Shown here: one piece after another, positions 61,706 to 64,000 of the stretch
Numbering within the stretch: position 1 is the first letter of the stretch
Layout: each line of letters begins with the position of its first letter
From: an uncultured virus (IMG/VR IMGVR_UViG_3300037071_001584)
Lineage: Duplodnaviria > Heunggongvirae > Uroviricota > Caudoviricetes > Crassvirales
Virus record (IMG/VR): IMGVR_UViG_3300037071_001584
Span: 1-64,000 of that record
Direction: 5' to 3' (one strand)
Length of the DNA: 64,000 nucleotides
Position numbers and translations under genes: made by a program
Notes under the pieces: model-generated
Database searches by the model: none
The model's input: the letters and a program-made list of their open reading frames with translations, nothing else
Told to the model about the DNA's origin: nothing

Positions 61706-62443
61706 TTACTCATTTCTTTGATCGAGTTGAATCTTTGATTCAAGGTTCGAAGGTTTATAATCTCTTAAGGCCAGTTCTACTGCCCTGTCTAAAATTTCTC
61801 TATGAATTTCTTCATTGAGTTCACATGGAGTTTCTGCAGTTATATTATCAATTGAAAGTCCTTCATCTGGGAATGCCGCTTCTAGATCTGTTAAAACTAT
61901 TGGCATTGGATACTTTATGTATCTGACCTTATACTCTACAATATTGTAAGGACTTATTAATTCAACAACTTTTTTGTTACTTAATTCAGAATAGTCCATT
62001 CTCCAAACATGTTCTTGATCAGGTCTTTTAAATGGGTTTTTAATATTCGTATTAAATTCATCATGTGTTTTAGGATATACATCAATGTATTTCCCATTCA
62101 AACAATCGTCAGTAGATACTTTTGCTAGCTCTTGCACAATTACAAATACATTATTTGGTATTCCGAAAAACTGTGATTCTGGTACTATACCTAGTGTGCT
62201 GATAAGCTTATCAATAGATGCATAGGCAACCAATAACTCTCTTAGATCATTTCTTCTTTTTTCTGAATTTTCAAATCCGTCTCTATATTTATTTCCTAAA
62301 GGATTATAATAGTTCTTTACTAACTCTAATTGCGCTTTAGTTAAGAATACACTAATCTCATAGTCATCTAGGCCTGGAGCACTATTAGTCGCAATCGCAT
62401 TATAATGAATAAGAAACTCATTTTTTAACTCAGAATTTGTCAT
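61706..62443 (-). CDS. Tail ring protein
   Basis: PGLDDYEISVFLTKAQ, FENSEKRR, YIKYP, CELNEEIHREILDRAV. Confidence 0.65.
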   Translation of the reverse strand: MTNSELKNEFLIHYNAIATNSAPGLDDYEISVFLTKAQLELVKNYYNPLGNKYRDGFENSEKRRNDLRELLVAYASIDKLISTLGIVPESQFFGIPNNVFVIVQELAKVSTDDCLNGKYIDVYPKTHDEFNTNIKNPFKRPDQEHVWRMDYSELSNKKVVELISPYNIVEYKVRYIKYPMPIVLTDLEAAFPDEGLSIDNITAETPCELNEEIHREILDRAVELALRDYKPSNLESKIQLDQRNE

Positions 62444-62445
62444 AT

Positions 62446-63309
62446 TTATTTAGCGTTTAAAATTTTAGCTTCTATAAAGCCTCTAACGTCTTGATGCTTT
62501 GGATTATCTAAATAATTAATGGCATTATCAAATGTAGCAACTTGACTATTTTCACATAAATCTAATCCATCTTCAGTTTTGTATTTGTTACCATGTTTGA
62601 TAATAATACCTTTCTCTTCAGCTGTATGTAGTAATAATTTAGTTTCAAATTTAGTGTCATTCAACAATGCAATAAATCCTGCTGGTTTAGTATCAATAAA
62701 TTCTTCAACTTTAGTTTGTAACCATTTTAAAGGCGATTCTTTTGATATAGGTTTGTTTGTTAACAATTTCAATATACCAACAAGCTTTTCTCTATCATCC
62801 TCGATTTTACCATAAAGTTTAAAAGCATTTTTCTTATTGTCATAACCAACTTTCTTTTCAGTTATTTCTTCATCTGGTGTAGTTATTACAAAACGATATG
62901 TTTGTTTGTCATTTCTCTCTGCCCATGATTGAGCAATATCATCTTTCAAGAACAACATAATCTTATAAGATATGTAATCCAGTGGATTACCTAGATTAAA
63001 TCTATTGTCATCTTTATATAAAGATACGAAATGTTCATTCCAGAACTCTCCATAAACAGACAAGTCTAACCCTGTTAACTCTTCGATTGCGGCTTTCTCT
63101 TCTTTAGTAAGAACATTTGCAATTGAACCATTTCTTAACAGAGGTGCTTGATATTTATTTACAGCTCCTTCTAACATACCACCTGCAATAACGTGATCAT
63201 CATTCACGCTAGATGCCATTCCTTGTCGTCTTTTAATAAACTTAACTACAATCTCTTTTTGAGGTAATTCAAATTTATCTAAGACTTCTTCTTTTGCTTC
63301 TCTTCCCAT
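62446..63309 (-). CDS. Conserved crAss-like protein following the major capsid gene
   Basis: 287-aa ORF; LTKEE, FW, NPLDYI; synteny. Confidence 0.55.
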   Translation of the reverse strand: MGREAKEEVLDKFELPQKEIVVKFIKRRQGMASSVNDDHVIAGGMLEGAVNKYQAPLLRNGSIANVLTKEEKAAIEELTGLDLSVYGEFWNEHFVSLYKDDNRFNLGNPLDYISYKIMLFLKDDIAQSWAERNDKQTYRFVITTPDEEITEKKVGYDNKKNAFKLYGKIEDDREKLVGILKLLTNKPISKESPLKWLQTKVEEFIDTKPAGFIALLNDTKFETKLLLHTAEEKGIIIKHGNKYKTEDGLDLCENSQVATFDNAINYLDNPKHQDVRGFIEAKILNAK

Positions 63310-63322
63310 TTTCTCCCTATTT

Positions 63323-63347
63323 AAGAAAAGGGGAATTGCTTCCCCTA
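63323..63347 (-). terminator. Intrinsic terminator after the major capsid gene
   Basis: Minus strand AGGGGAA-GCAA-TTCCCCT followed by TTTCTT. Confidence 0.75.
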
Positions 63348-63359
63348 ATCAATTTATTA

Positions 63360-64000
63360 TTATCCTAAAATTGTTGGTTTCAATGTAAGAGTTCTTGATG
63401 GATCTTTTACCATTGCACCTGTACCACACATTGCTGTCATAGTAGCAGAATCTTCCATTAATTGCATAATTCCACCTCTACGTCCAGAGAATGGATCTCT
63501 AATACCCGCCATGTACCCACGTAACTCATCGTCACCACGTACTTTAATTTTCTGGATATTAGGTTCTTCCATTGAGCCGATATACAAGATGTCATATCTG
63601 TAAGATTCAGCTACACCTCCGTCTGGGTGAAGGATTTTATTACGAACTTTATCATCATACATTGGATCAACTTCCAACATTACGTGAATGTTATTAGGAG
63701 CTCTCCATTCTACGAATTGGAACCCTGCAATAAATGCGTTATCGTTAAATTTAGAAGAAACTTTTCCGATTGCATTTTGATTTGTGTTATCGAACAATTC
63801 TTTCCAACCAGATGCTGCTTGTGTTGCTGCTCTATTGAATTGAGCTGCTCCACGTTCTCCAGTTCTCATCATGAACTTTCTTTCACTGAAATCTAACTTA
63901 CCTTCTGACAACTCAGACAATACATCTTCTAAAAGACGAATTGTAAATTTGTTGTAAGAGATAGTGTTAGATACCTCCATTTGTTCACGAATTCCAGAAC
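63360..64000 (-). CDS. Major capsid protein, C-terminal part (gene begins beyond the window)
   Basis: SGIREQ, TGERGAAQF, GFQF, DPMYDD, HPDGGVAESYR, VKDP resemble crAss-like MCP C-termini; frame open to the window edge. Confidence 0.85.
   Translation of the reverse strand, partial: SGIREQMEVSNTISYNKFTIRLLEDVLSELSEGKLDFSERKFMMRTGERGAAQFNRAATQAASGWKELFDNTNQNAIGKVSSKFNDNAFIAGFQFVEWRAPNNIHVMLEVDPMYDDKVRNKILHPDGGVAESYRYDILYIGSMEEPNIQKIKVRGDDELRGYMAGIRDPFSGRRGGIMQLMEDSATMTAMCGTGAMVKDPSRTLTLKPTILG

Noticed and set aside
1780..63896. Many 60-125 aa ORFs antisense to or nested in long genes (e.g. 2056-2367, 33826-34173, 37006-37380)
   Set aside because: They are shadows of the coding strand's codon bias, with Ser/Leu/Phe-rich composition, no motifs and no expression signals
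1..64000. Stop-codon reassignment, known in some crAss-like phages
   Set aside because: Standard-code ORFs tile both blocks densely, and TAG and TGA end genes at sensible boundaries (e.g. 4930, 8912, 11831)
1..64000. CRISPR array, tRNA genes, diversity-generating retroelement
   Set aside because: No spaced direct repeats, cloverleaf, reverse transcriptase or template/variable repeat pair was seen by eye, and intergenic gaps are mostly very short; no scan was run

Overview
This window is a 64-kb, AT-rich slice of a crAss-like (Crassvirales-type) phage genome. A Bacteroidota host is inferred from a TAnnTTTG promoter and A-rich starts without obvious Shine-Dalgarno sites. It uses the standard genetic code. 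The plus strand (1-18.7 kb) carries replication and metabolism genes: primase, a phiEco32-like peptide-ligase/amidotransferase cluster, a degenerate UDG, a RusA-like resolvase, a PD-(D/E)XK nuclease, class II RNR, a degenerate SF2 helicase, MazG-like and phosphoesterase genes, and ThyA. It converges at a bidirectional terminator with the minus-strand virion block (18.7-64 kb): major capsid protein 3' end, ring/hub/muzzle-like proteins, tail fibres, two free-standing homing endonucleases, cargo proteins and three giant proteins including a DFDID virion RNA polymerase. Most striking signals: (1) the three giant proteins (about 6,200 aa) have only four cysteines, all at termini facing the next giant protein, suggesting a head-to-tail disulfide-linked ejection chain; (2) the vRNAP is fused to SLOG and Dda-like helicase domains; (3) one homing endonuclease duplicates and recodes its neighbour's N-terminus (MANRY); (4) the cargo protein is punctuated by GG motifs; (5) the Ntn amidotransferase nucleophile sits behind a signal-peptide-like leader. 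All calls come from reading motifs by eye and no database searches were run.
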